Assembly: GCF_009914755.1 (NCBI RefSeq)
Contig: NC_060927.1
Length of the DNA stretch: 64,000 bases
Reading direction: 5' to 3' (one strand)
Source: the human T2T-CHM13v2.0 reference genome, Homo sapiens
Shown here: piece after piece, positions 13,091-26,697 of the stretch
How the letters are laid out: the number at the start of each line of letters is the position of its first letter
Position numbering within the stretch: position 1 is the first letter of the stretch
The notes under the pieces: generated by a model
The model's database searches: none
What the model saw: the letters and a program-made list of their open reading frames with translations, nothing else
What the model was told of the DNA's origin: nothing
Translations under genes and position numbers: made by a program

Positions 13091-13928
13091 CAATTTAAAA
13101 TAATTTTGTTTACAAAATGCTTTTACGTCTCATGTTTTTTGTTTGTAATTTTAACAGCTAATTCCCATACTTATAAAATATTTAAAACCATAGCAAATAT
13201 TAGGATGTGTTATCCCAATTAGTTTGAGTTTCAAGTTTATGCTGAGAAGCACTGCACTGCTCTAACTGTACATCAGGATAGATAATTCATAAAGACAATG
13301 TTTAAAAGACATCCCTGCTTTAAAACAAGATAAATACTTCAATTGACCAGAAGTGGAATGTAACACGGAGTAATGTGAGAGGGGCTGAGGCTGCAGGCCT
13401 TTTGGAGTTTTGGTTGTTTACACTAGAAACACAAAGAAAAATATTTGTTTACCAGCCTGTCACCATTATAAGACAGCGAGCTGCTTAAAGATGGAGGCCA
13501 TCTGTCTTCATTTTAATATGTCTTGAAAAGTGCCTAGAACATATTAGGAAATAATTCAGTAAATAATGAGCAAACAAAAAGCTCAAAGAAAAGGATGCAA
13601 GGGTCAAACAAAATGCAAGCCTAAATTTGCACAAGCACTAAATGGATATGTGTTATTATTCTTCTGTTAATAGAACAGTGAAAAAAATCCTCTCTGTAGG
13701 ACTCAAGAGCTCCTAGACAATGATTTTTTGTTTTTGTTTTTGTTTTTGCTTCTCATAGGAAGAAGACTGATAGAAGACTGTGGCCATGATTTACTGCCTG
13801 AAGCAAAGTACTGCCAGCCAAGGTACCCCTTTGAAAAAGAAAGATGGCAAATCTGCAATGGGAAAGAAGAATGCGTAACAGTCACAGATCTCTGCTTAAA
13901 ACCTCTTTGTTTAGAAATCCTGCTTGCT

Positions 13929-14236
13929 TTTTTTTTTTTATTATACTAAGTTTTAGGGTACATGTGCACATTGTGCAGGTTAGTTACATATGTATACATG
14001 TGCCATGCTGGTGCGCTGCACCCACTAACTCGTCATCTAGCATTAGGTATATCTCCCGATGCTATCCCTCCCCCCTCCCCCCACCCCACAACAGTCCCCA
14101 GAGTGTGATATTCCCCTTCCTGTGTCCATGTGATCTCATTGTTCAGTTCCCACCTATGAGTGAGAATATGCGGTGTTTGGTTTTTTGTTCTTGTGATAGT
14201 CTACTGAGAATGATGATTTCCAATGTCATCCATGTC

Positions 14237-14266
<30 letters not shown>
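13929..14266 (-). mobile_element. Young truncated L1PA2-like 3' end bounded by poly(T) and poly(A)
   Basis: Antisense L1 3'UTR with GAG-type diagnostic (not Ta ACA), CACAATGTGCAC and GGGAATATCAC; perfect 16-bp TSD agaaatcctgcttgct at 13913-13928 and 14267-14282. Confidence 0.93.
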
Positions 14267-14269
<3 letters not shown>

Positions 14270-14994
14270 AATCCTGCTTGCTCCTTGTGGTGATAGACAT
14301 ATATATGTATGTGTATATGCAAATAAATCAGAGGGAAATGCATCCTTTACATCACAAATAAAGTGAAAATGAATATTATTGGACCTGGACCACAATTTCT
14401 GCCCCAGTCAAGGTATAAAATAAATCAACGTTACCCCCCTCTTTTACCTGGAACTGTCCCAGTTTTTCTCTTAGGGGCTTGTCTGGATGTTGATGGCCGT
14501 GTCCTATGCATGTTTCTTTTACTAACACCAGCTGTATATTTTCCAGGATCATGCTGTTTGGACTATCAGACAGGAATTGAGGAGAGAGCTACAATCATTG
14601 TGGAAAATATTCGGATAGTGCTTACATGATACATGACCAATAATAAAGAAAGCAAAATTCTCTCTGTCTCATTTTTTAATCATAAAAGCCACATTATGGT
14701 TTATCCAGACAGAAGATGCAGGCTTGTAATGGTAGGCCCTAGGAAACCACCTCAAAATGAAATGCTGACCTGCCTATATGTTACAAATCTGGGTGAGATT
14801 TGGCCTTTACCCATCACATAAATGCTCAGTTGCTGAATGATATGCAAGACAAGTCATTATTTCCTAAAAGGAACTCTTCCAACTTATATTGAGAGAAGAA
14901 TTATGGCCTTTTGCATTTGTTGCTCATTTTAATTAATAAAAAATAAAATACTAACATCCACACTTATGGCATCACTTCATTTATATAAAATGCC

Positions 14995-15110
14995 TTAGCT
15001 AAGTATTGAAAGCTAAGTTCTAGTGTAAATTCTGACTGGCCAGTTGTGTGATTTCAGGAAAGTCACCTGACACTTTGAGCCTAAGTTTTCATACTTCTAA
15101 AACGAGGGGG
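14995..15110 (+). mobile_element. MIR fragment
   Basis: gttgtgtgatttcaggaaagtcacctgacactttgagcctaagttttcatacttctaaaa. Confidence 0.55.
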
Positions 15111-16134
15111 TTGGGCCAAGGCTCAGTTGGGTGGTCTTTAAAGTTTTTTTTTTTTAGCTCTGTCATGTGAATTTAGGCTCTATAATGTATGTGAGTAAAT
15201 TATATAAGGATTTGAAATGGCACATAGACATGCAGAGAAATCAATGAATAATAATTTTGAGAATTTGGAGTACCTACTATTATGTGAAATGATACAGCAA
15301 GAGAGAGAAAGAAAAAGAAACAAAGAGTGTTCTTTGCTTTTTGTTTTCACTGAAGTTCATTAAATGGTCCAATTTAAGAGCTATGAAAGATAGAAAATGA
15401 ATTAAAATTTTAAGTATTGTGTATGAACAAGATCTTCTAAGATATAAAGTTACCCAACTTTTAATTGTAAAGGTCATTTACCAGTATGAACTTCTCTGAA
15501 CAATAATAACCACATTACTACTCATTTATATATTTGTAATTAGTTGCTACTCTTTCTTTAGAGGGTTGGCAGGCACTTTGGTTTGTCAGCCACCAAAATT
15601 AATTGTAATCATATGTGATTATTTGTATGCATATGTGTGTGTGCATGTGTTTTTAATCCTCCTGTTACAAGTCAGCAGTCAGGAACACAAACTACACAAA
15701 TCCAGATACTGTTGCTAATACATAGCCTCAAGAGATTGGCATCAGAATTCCTAGAGTCTGCAGATATGGTCCTTAGATATGAATAAATGACACTCATTTA
15801 TAACCTGCTACCTCCTTTTGGCACATCATAATTTTATCTTCAAAGTCTTGTGACATGACTTACTCTGTTTTCAGTCCCTGCAAAGTTGTGTAGTTAAAGT
15901 GGGAGTGGTATCAGCAAAAAGTGAGAGAGGGTGATTGATATGGTATGTAATTACTTTAGGTATAAAGACTTTGGCATGTTGTTTACGAGAAAATCTATCT
16001 TGTTAGAAAGTCACCAAATGATGTATTGGAGGGATAGGATATTTGTTTAAATTGCTATTTAAAATTTCGTTTTACTATAGATAGAGAATCACACAAAAAA
16101 ATTGCAGTGTAACTTTTTAAAAATTTAGGAATAA

Positions 16135-16370
16135 GAGGCAGTGTGGTATAGTGTTGAGAACGCTGGGCTGAGAATCAGAACTTTTACCTATTTTGTGCTT
16201 CCTCACTTCAAGCTGTGTGAGCTTGGGCAAACCTTTCTACCTCTCTGAGCTTTGTTTTTCTCATCTGTAAGTTGAGGGTAATATGACTGGATTTGTCTAC
16301 CCCACAGGGATATTAGGGGCTCCAATAAGATATAGGACATGAGAACACGTTTGCTTGTGGTAAAGCAAAT
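16135..16370 (+). mobile_element. MIR SINE
   Basis: gaggcagtgtggtatagtg...gctgtgtgagcttgggcaa...tctctgagc...ttctcatctgtaa. Confidence 0.8.
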
Positions 16371-16726
16371 AACTGATACAAAGGATTCTTTCTCATTATT
16401 ATCAAGAAACGTATGTTATTGATAGTTCCTATCATCACAGCCATGGAAGTGTTTAGAAAAGCCAAATTCCCTTGTTCTAATGTCTGTTCATGAAATGTGA
16501 ACTCTAACTTCACAAGTCACACAATTCCCCTGGATTCTACATACAATTCCTCCATGTTTTCTAAATATTTTAAAGAGAATGGCTTAAATACACTATAGTT
16601 CTTCTCCTGATTCAAAAGTATTTGGATGATTTTAAAGACCTGCTTTACCCAACTACTGAAAATACCTTTCATCTTGAAGACCAACGGAATGTGCGTCCAG
16701 TTTGTTAGTCTTAAAATGTATATGTG

Positions 16727-17038
<312 letters not shown>

Positions 17039-17214
17039 TCAAAACTGATGCCAAACCTCACCTCACAGATATTCTCTGCTTGTACTATCAGAATCCCATT
17101 TACCTTCATTGAAATCACTTCAAGATGTTGCTTTCTTATGGCTTCCATTCACTCTGCCAACAACGCAACAGCCAAAGCAACAAGCATGAGAGCCTCCATG
17201 CATTGACCTCTGAC

Positions 17215-17410
17215 CTATGGGATGCTTACATATTTTACTTCATTTCTTTCTTATGACTATCCAACAATGCTGATGTTAGTTTCTCATTTTACAGAAAAGA
17301 AAACTGTGGCTTATAAAGGGTAAGTAACTTCCTGAAGGATACATAGTAAACAGTGGAACTAAGAATTGAATTCAGAGACACTTAACAGCAAAGTCTGTGT
17401 GGGCTCAACA
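17215..17410 (-). mobile_element. MIR SINE
   Basis: cattttacagaaaagaaaactgtggctt...taagtaacttcctgaagg. Confidence 0.7.
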
Positions 17411-18389
17411 ACCAGAATATCTCCTGCTCCCCTGTCCTATTTCTTTCTTCCTACAGGTATGGATTTTATTAAACCCTGAGTATCTGGCTTCCTCTGGTGA
17501 TATACTCAACATTTTCAAAACAGCCCAAATACACATAATGACAATTTTTGCCTGTCAGCATTTCAGCATTTTTTTTTAATTCTGAGAGGATCCTATCAAA
17601 TTTGGTAAGCTTGATATGTTCTGTAAACCCCTGCTGCCTCTTTTAATGTAATCATTGCTTCCTGGAGGCTGGTTCCTAGGGACAAAGCTTCCTCTTCCAT
17701 AACTTTTCAGTGAAGGATTTACTATGTGGTGGGATTAAGTGCAGTGCGTTTCACAGCTTTGCCACCTCAAATGACATTTCTCAGTCAGCACAGTAGGTTT
17801 CCCATATGTATTGCCACAAATAGTAATTCTTCCTCAGAGTTCAGGAAGATTTGCGGAAACAAGTATTTCCAAATTAAATCTTATTCGCAGTTTCTGCTCA
17901 GCATAAACCAGCCTAACTTGATGAGTGCCTTTGACATGTTGGGGAATAATTAAATTTAATTTTCATTTACAGGATAGAAATGAAGAACATTTCTGCAGCC
18001 CTGCAGTAGCTGACACGATTGCCTTCGAGCTCTCAAAACAGAAGGGAAATAGAATTCCAAGAGAATAGTGCATTCTTCAAAGTTCTAGGACAAAACATTC
18101 TAGCCTAATACAATCTCTGCTGATACGGCAGCTTTTTATTCTAGCCCTTAAGAATGTAAGCGGGAAATACACGTGATGGATTTTTTTTCTTTTGAAAAGA
18201 TATTAATAGAAAGGTAATTTGACCTATTTAGCATCAAAATGTTCTTCAAAAATTCATTGGCTCTAAAAAGGCAGGCCTGAGAAGAAAGCTATTACATCGT
18301 ATCTTCCAAATGGTCAGCAAGCTGCTGGAATGGAGTGGGTTCTTAATTAGTGGACTCTTCAATGTTACTAATAAAAACTAAGACAATAG

Positions 18390-18845
18390 CCTTAATGTAT
18401 TGAGAATATCTTATGAATCAGAGTTTGTGTTAAAATGTTTCTAAACCTCCAAGTAACCCTATCAGACAGCCTTCTTATACCTATTTACATCTGAGGAATC
18501 TGAGCCTTACAGCAGTGAAGCAATTTTCCTGATGTCTCCCAGCCAGTAAATAACCAAACTGGGCATAGAGTCTAGAGTCCTGGTAGCTCCAAAGCCTGTG
18601 CCCCTTCTAATGCAATGTATCATAAGTAAGAGTACAATTTCAAAAAGCAGACATGTGCTTTTAAACTCATGCATTGCCACTTTGTGGCTGTGTAAATTCA
18701 ACATTTCTGAAGCTCAGATTCCTCATGTATAAAACAATAATAAACATATAGGAAGGCCATCGTGGGGATTCAATGAGTGAATACACAGAGAGTCCTTAAC
18801 TCTCTGCATGGCCCATCACAGTACTTAGTAAGTTTCAGCTGTTTT
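18390..18845. mobile_element. Two MIR fragments in opposite orientation (about 18390-18600 minus, 18660-18845 plus)
   Basis: tttacatctgaggaatctgagcc and ctcagattcctcatgtataaaa cores. Confidence 0.6.
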
Positions 18846-20544
18846 ACCTTGCCAAGTAGACCCTCTTTATGGAGGTTAAGGCATGGAGAGTTGGGCAGTC
18901 AAGAAAACTACCACTGTAATACATGATTGAATTGGCTTAGAGACAGTAAACAGATTCATTGATAACTTAAAAGAAAGGGGGTTAAAAGGAGCTATGACCC
19001 ACAAATCAAACCTTGTTGCCATATGCTATTCAATCTGAACACAAGCAATAATGATGGAAGGACATCTTAGACCTATTCATTCACTCATGCAACAGATTCA
19101 ACTCATCTATTTGCTTCTTTCTCCTGAAGAATATGAAATTATGGGTCAAATTCACCCCTGGGTAAGAGTTGCCCCCATCTGAAAATCCCAAGGTGTGTCA
19201 GAACCGTGAACAGAGGGCTGAACTTTATAAAGCTTGAGCCAGTTTGCTTTTATTAAACTCATTACTGTGTACCACTCATTTATTTTAAAAAATGTTTTTA
19301 AAGTGAGGTAGTTTCTAAAAAGAATACAGAATAACTGTCTTTGTTGTCTAATTCAGAGCTCTTTACTGAGAATTCTCTTTATTTTAACTTTTTATTTACA
19401 TATTTTTTGGTGTTTTGACGGGAGACACTAAAGGTAGACTGAGGTAAGGTAATCTGAGAACAGCTCTGAGGGAAATGGCGCCAAGGCCTGCAAGTCCCTA
19501 CCGGGGCTTAGATCTGTTTCAGTGAAACAGCTTTGCTCTCATACACAGCTGTATCAATTACACTGATTTGAAAGAAACAAAACACCTTTTGTGCTTGTCT
19601 TCCTCTGGGTTCTTTTTCATTCTTGCCAGAATTCTTTCTCCATAAGAATAATAGCGAAGATTTGCTTTGCAAAACTCTGTGCTCAGAGCTGGAAGTGGGG
19701 GTTGAGAGAAAACAGGAATTTGATTCTGATTTTTTTTTTTTTATCATGTAGTAGGCTGAGATTTTCTCCGGTGTGATAAAAAATAAAATGAGGCCAGATG
19801 GTAGTTGTTTATGGGTTCTGAAGTAAAAGTATTAAGTCATTAAAATTGGAGACTTCTCTCATTTATGCCAGCTTCTTCTTCTCATTAAATCCATGTTTTA
19901 TGTGGATGAAGGTGCAGAGAGAGGATGTCTGGGCAGCAGATCCATATGCTTCCTTGCATTGGGCTCTGGCAAAGCACTTCTTTGCTCCTCTCAGATCTCC
20001 AGCCTGGAGTGAATGTAAAGGAATGTGTTTTCCCGAGAGGATTCTGGAAAGGTGCATACCAGTCCCTGTGCTTACAGCTTTCTTGTTGATGATAGGAAAA
20101 GGTTATCTATTCCCAGCTGTGAGGTGTTTCAAATCTGAATATACTCTGAGGTCCATTTTTTCGGTGTAGACTTTTCTGAGGACTCCTTCAAGAACAGCTT
20201 ATTTTCATTGATGGATATAAGAGGGACATTTTCCAGGGTAATGAATCCTAAATGGAGATGCTCAAAGTTGGTTTGAAAACTGCTGGCTGATGTTATCTGT
20301 AAAAAAGAAACGATGACATTGTCCTGCTGTCAGGTTTTTAGAGGATAAAATCAATACAGTCCCTCCATGCTGCTGGGAGAAATGTACACCAGGTTGGGAC
20401 TTACCCTGCTATTTCATGTAACTCTTGTCATATAAATAACCCCAGAGTTAAGCAAACAGCTTGTCTTAAAAAGTTCTAAGGTATAGGTTCCATTTTGTCA
20501 AGGAACAGTTTTTTTCTTGTTCAGCCCACACTAGTTCTCATGTG

Positions 20545-20795
20545 GTAGTTAAGTTTACAGGGAATTAGACTGATTGGGTTTGAATTTAGGTTTAAGTCCT
20601 AACTCCTTCTACTCACCAACCACGTGAACTTGGATAATTACTCTACACTTCTAAGCTACAGTTTCCTCATCTGTAAAATGGTGATATCAATAGCTGTTAC
20701 CTCATAAAGTCCAGAGGCTAAATTGAGCAATGCATGTAAATGTATTTTTACAGTTCCTGGCCTGTGGTTCCTGGCTCTTGATAAGAAATATTCAT
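20545..20795 (+). mobile_element. MIR SINE
   Basis: gtgaacttggataattac...cagtttcctcatctgtaaaatggtgata. Confidence 0.8.
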
Positions 20796-20982
20796 CTTAA
20801 ATAATGATATCTATCTAATCTTCACCACTTCTGATAAAGAATCCTTTACAGGAAACCTACCAAAATAGATGAGAAGGCTTCAGAAATCACCCGGTGAATT
20901 CAGAGCCTCCATGGGGAAATTCAACGGCCAGCTGCTTTTTATAATTGATGAGAAACAGGAGTGTTGTGTCAAGCTGCAGAGC

Positions 20983-21380
20983 TCTCCCCAACAACATGGT
21001 GTGGCTGCATGTCAAGGACCCCACACTGTCCCCCACAGCGTGGTGTGACCGCATGTCAAGGACGCCACACTCTCCCCCACAGCATGGTGTGGCTGCCATG
21101 CCAGGGACCCCACACTGTCCCCCACAGCGTGGTGTGGCTGCCATGTCAGGGACCCCACACTCTCCGCCACAGTGTGGTGTGGCTGCCATGTCAGGGACCC
21201 CACACTCTCCCCCACAGCGTGGTGTGGCTGCCATGTCAGGGACCCCACACTCTCCCCCACAGCGTGGTGTGGCTGCCATGTCAGGGATCCCACACTCTCC
21301 CCCACAGCGTGGTGTGGCTGCCATGTCAGGGACCCCACACTCTCCCCCACAGCATGGTGTGGCTGCATGTCAGGGACCCC
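20983..21380. repeat. 45-bp GC-rich minisatellite (VNTR), about 8.5-9 units
   Basis: Unit CAGGGACCCCACACTCTCCCCCACAGCGTGGTGTGGCTGCCATGT; 15-aa periodicity in the overlapping ORFs. Confidence 0.97.
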
Positions 21381-21598
21381 TGTGCTGTGATGCTAAGTAG
21401 AGCTTGGTGTTGGAGGGGCAGGAATTGGGATGAGGAAGAGTTGTGGGAGACTTTCATTGTTTTGGGAGAAGAATCCCCTCCTAGGTCTATCTCATTCTTT
21501 TTAAAAAATTAGTTTCCACTTTTTCTTGGAAATCTAGATCTGAACAGAGGCCTAACTCATTCTTAATCTAGTGTTCTGGGACAAACAGAGAGTGAGGG

Positions 21599-21603
<5 letters not shown>

Positions 21604-21646
<43 letters not shown>
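21604..21646. repeat. (CA)n microsatellite, about 21 units
   Basis: Uninterrupted ac run. Confidence 0.98.
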
Positions 21647-21647
<1 letters not shown>

Positions 21648-21869
21648 CGGAAAAGGAAGTCCACCAAAGCCTTGGGGAGCCTCTTTTATATTGAGATGAG
21701 GAAAGACCATGGACAGACTTCTCACTGCAGAATTTTACTGAAGCCTTCTTTCAGCATTTCTCAGTTCCAAAATGCATACTCTGAGTTTTCAGAGCCTCTG
21801 AACCTTGTTCCCTTATTTAAAAATTTTACCTCTAAAAGCACACAAGTGCTTGCATTCCATCGATTCTAA

Positions 21870-22874
<1,005 letters not shown>

Positions 22875-23328
22875 GCTATGGATAGTTCTTATCAAGAGCC
22901 AGGAAACATGGGCTAGGAACTCTAAAAATGCATTGATATGAATTGCTCAATTTAGCCTCTGGACTTAACTATGAAGTAGGAGCTATTAATATTCCCAATG
23001 CTGGCCTCATAAAATGTGTTGGAAAATGTTTCCTCCATTTTTGTTCTTTGGAAGATATTATGTAGAATTACTTTTCTTTCTTAAATATTTCTCCTTAAAT
23101 GATAGAATTTAACAGTACAACCAACTGGGTTGCAGTTTTCTTTCCTCCATGGTTTTAAACTATGAATTAAAAATTTTTAATAGATATAGCATTATTGAGG
23201 TTATCTGTTTCTTCTTGAATGAGCATTGATACTTAGATTCTTTCAAACACCACGTCCATTTAATCTAAGTTGTTGAATTTATGGGCATAAGTATTCTCTT
23301 ATTGATTTTTCCTAATGGCGATGGGGCC

Positions 23329-24474
23329 TTTTTTTTAAATCTTTTTTTTAATTATACTTTAAGTTCTAGGGTACATGTGCACAACGTGCAGGTTTGTTAC
23401 ATATGTATACATGTGCCATGTTGGTTTGCTGCACCCATTAACTCGTCATTTACATTAGGTATATCTCCTAATGCTATACCTCCCCCCACTCTCCCCACCC
23501 CACAACAGGCCCCAGCGTGTGATGTTCCCCATCCTGTGTCCAAGTGTTCTCATTGTTCAATTCCCACCTATGAGTGAGAACATGCGGTGTTTGGTTTTCT
23601 GTCCTTGTGATAGTTTGCTCAGAATGATGGTTTCCAGCTTCATCCATGTCCCTACAAAGGACATAAACTCATCCTTCTTTAAGGCTGCATAGTATTCCAT
23701 GGTGTATATGTGCCACATTTTCTTAATTCCGTCTATCATTGATGGATATTTGGGTTGGTTCCAAGTCTTTGCTATTGTGAATAGTGCCACAATAAACATA
23801 CGTGTGCGTGAGTCTTTATAGCAGCATGATTTATAATCCTTTGGGTTTATACCCAGTAATGGGATGGCTGGGTCAAATGGTATTTCTAGTTCTAGATGCT
23901 TGAGGAATTGTCACACTGTCTTCCACAATAGTTGAACTAGTTTACAGTCCCACCAACAGTGTAAAAGTGTTCCTATTTCTCCACATCCTCTCTAGCACCT
24001 GTTGTTTCCTGACTTTTTAATGATCGCCCTTCTAACTGGTGTGAGATGGAATCTCATTTGTGGTTTTGATTTGCATTTCTCTGATGGCCAGTGATGATGA
24101 GCATTTTTTCATGTGTCTGTTGGCTGCATAAATGTCTTCTTTTGAGAAGTGTCTGTTCATATCCTTCGCCCACTTGTTGATGGGGTTGTTTGATTTTTTT
24201 ATTGTAAACTTGTTTAAGTTCTTTGTAGATTCTGGATATCAGCCCTTTGTCAGATGGGTAGATTGCAAAAATTTTCTCCCATTCTGTAGGTTGCCTGTTC
24301 AGTCTGATGGTAGTTCCTTTTGATGTGCAGAAGCTCTTTAGTTTAATTAGATCCCATTTGTTAATTTTGGCTATTGTTGCCATTGCTTTTGGAGTTTTAG
24401 ACATGATGTCCTCGCCCATGCCTATGTCCTGAATGGTATTGCCTAGCTTTTCTTCTGGGTTTTTATGGTTTTAG
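23329..24474 (-). mobile_element. 5'-truncated L1PA5-7-like LINE-1
   Basis: attatactttaagttctagggtacatgtgcacaacgtgcagg 3' end; ORF2 C-terminal ORFs 23557-23799 and 24054-24419; degenerate TSD gcgatggggcctt / gctacggggtctt. Confidence 0.92.
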
Positions 24475-25263
24475 CTACGGGGTCTTTAGTCATATTCTCT
24501 CTTTTGTTCCTGATATTGGTAATTTGTAGCATTTTTTTCTTGTTTAACATTTTGGTCAGTATTTATCAATTTTACTGATTTTTCCAAAAGATCAGCTTTG
24601 GATTTTATTAATTTTTCACTATTGTTACTCTATTCTTAATTTCACTTACTTCTGCTTTGTTCTTTATTTCAATCCTTTTGCTTGCTTTGGATTTCATTTG
24701 CTCTTCTTTTTCTGTTTCTTATGTGGAAGCATAAATCATTTACACTTTCTTCTTCTTCTAATAGCATTTAATGATATAAACTTTTCTCTAAGCACTGATT
24801 TAGTTGCATACCACAACTTTTGTTATGTTGCATTTTCATTTGCATTCAGCTCAAAATATTTTTAAACTTCTATTAAGAATTCCATTGATAAATACTTTTT
24901 TACTCATGGGTTATTTAGAAGTGTGTTGTTAAATTTCCAAATACTTGGCAGAAGGTGGGGAGTGGTTTCCAGATTTCTTTCCGTTATTGATTTTTGGTTT
25001 ATTTCCTTTATGGTCTTAGAGCATACTTCGTGTGATTTCTATTCTGTTAAAATTGTTAAGGATTGTTTTATGTCCCAGAATATGGACTGTATTAGTGAAT
25101 GATCCATTTAAATTTGAAAACAAATGTATTCTGCTACCTTTGGTATTAGTAGTTCTGCAGATGTCAATTAAATCCATTTGGTTAATAGTATTACTTAGGT
25201 CTTCTTTATCCTTGACAATTCTCTATTGATTACTGAGAGAGATGTTTAAGTCTCCAACTGTAA

Positions 25264-25630
<367 letters not shown>

Positions 25631-25949
25631 AATGTGCCTTTTTTGTTTGTTTTGTTTTTTGTGCATCCACATTTAGAACTATTATATTTGCTTGGAAAAT
25701 TGACCCTTTTCTTGGTATATAATAGTGTTCTTTATCCCTGATAATAATCATATCTTTTGTTCTGAAATCTAGTTTCTTTTAGTTTAGTCTAACTACTCAA
25801 GCTTTCTTTTGGTTAGGGTTTGATATATCTCATCTCATCCTTTTATTTTAACTTGTGTATTGTATTTGAACTTTAAACAGCTTTCTTACATAGGCAGCAT
25901 TGTAATTGGGACTTGCTTTTTAAATTATATCTGAAAATCTGTCTCCTAA

Positions 25950-26145
25950 GATTTTATTTTTAATTGACAAAAATAGTATATATTTATGATTTGCAAAATG
26001 ACATTTTGATATAAGTAAACATTGTGGAATGGCCAAATCAAGCTAATTACATATGTATAACCTTGTGTACTTATAAATGTGGCCTAACACTTTCTGCTCT
26101 CTTAGTAACTTTTATATATACAATATATAGTTATTAAGTATTGAA
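25950..26145 (-). mobile_element. L1MA 3'-end fragment
   Basis: aattgacaaaaatagtatatatttatg...cattgtggaatggccaaatcaagctaatta. Confidence 0.65.
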
Positions 26146-26319
26146 AATTTCTATCTTTTAACTGGTGTATTTAGATCACTCACATTTAATGAGATTAATG
26201 TTGTAGTTAATAAAAAATATAACATTTTGCTGTTTTCTTTTATTCCATTGGTTCTTTGCTTCTTCTTTCCTCTTTTCTGCCTTCTCATGTAATAATTGAA
26301 TATCTTTTATGATACCATC

Positions 26320-26697
26320 TGATATGGTTTAACTGTGTCCCCCACCCAAATCTCATCTTGAATTGTAGTTCCCATAATCCCCAAGTGTTGTGGGAGGGAT
26401 CAGGCGGAGATAATTGAATCATGGGGGCAGTTATGCCCATGCTGCTGTTCTCATGATAGTCAATGAGTTCTCACAAGACCTGATGGTTTTATAACGGGAC
26501 TTCCCCACATTTGCTCATTCTTCTCCTTTCTGCCATAAGGTGAAGAAGGATGTGTTTGCTTTCCCTTCTGCCATGATTGTAAGTTTCCTGAGGCCTTGCC
26601 AGCTATGCTGAACTGTGAGTCAATTAAACCTCTTTCCCTTATAAATTACCCAGTCTTGGATATATCTTTATTAGCAGAATGAAAACAAACTAATACA
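26320..26697 (+). mobile_element. THE1D-like solo LTR (ERVL-MaLR)
   Basis: TGATATGGTTT...cccacccaaatctcatcttgaattgtagttccc...ctaataCA; 5-bp TSD ccatc on both sides. Confidence 0.93.

Noticed and set aside
20983-21380. CRISPR-like repeat array
   Set aside because: Units are head-to-tail with no unique spacers, there are no cas genes, and the DNA is primate.
20887-21512. Five overlapping Cys/His/Pro-rich ORFs up to 183 aa
   Set aside because: They arise because the 45-bp VNTR unit is a multiple of 3 with no stop codons; no promoter, splice or homology support.
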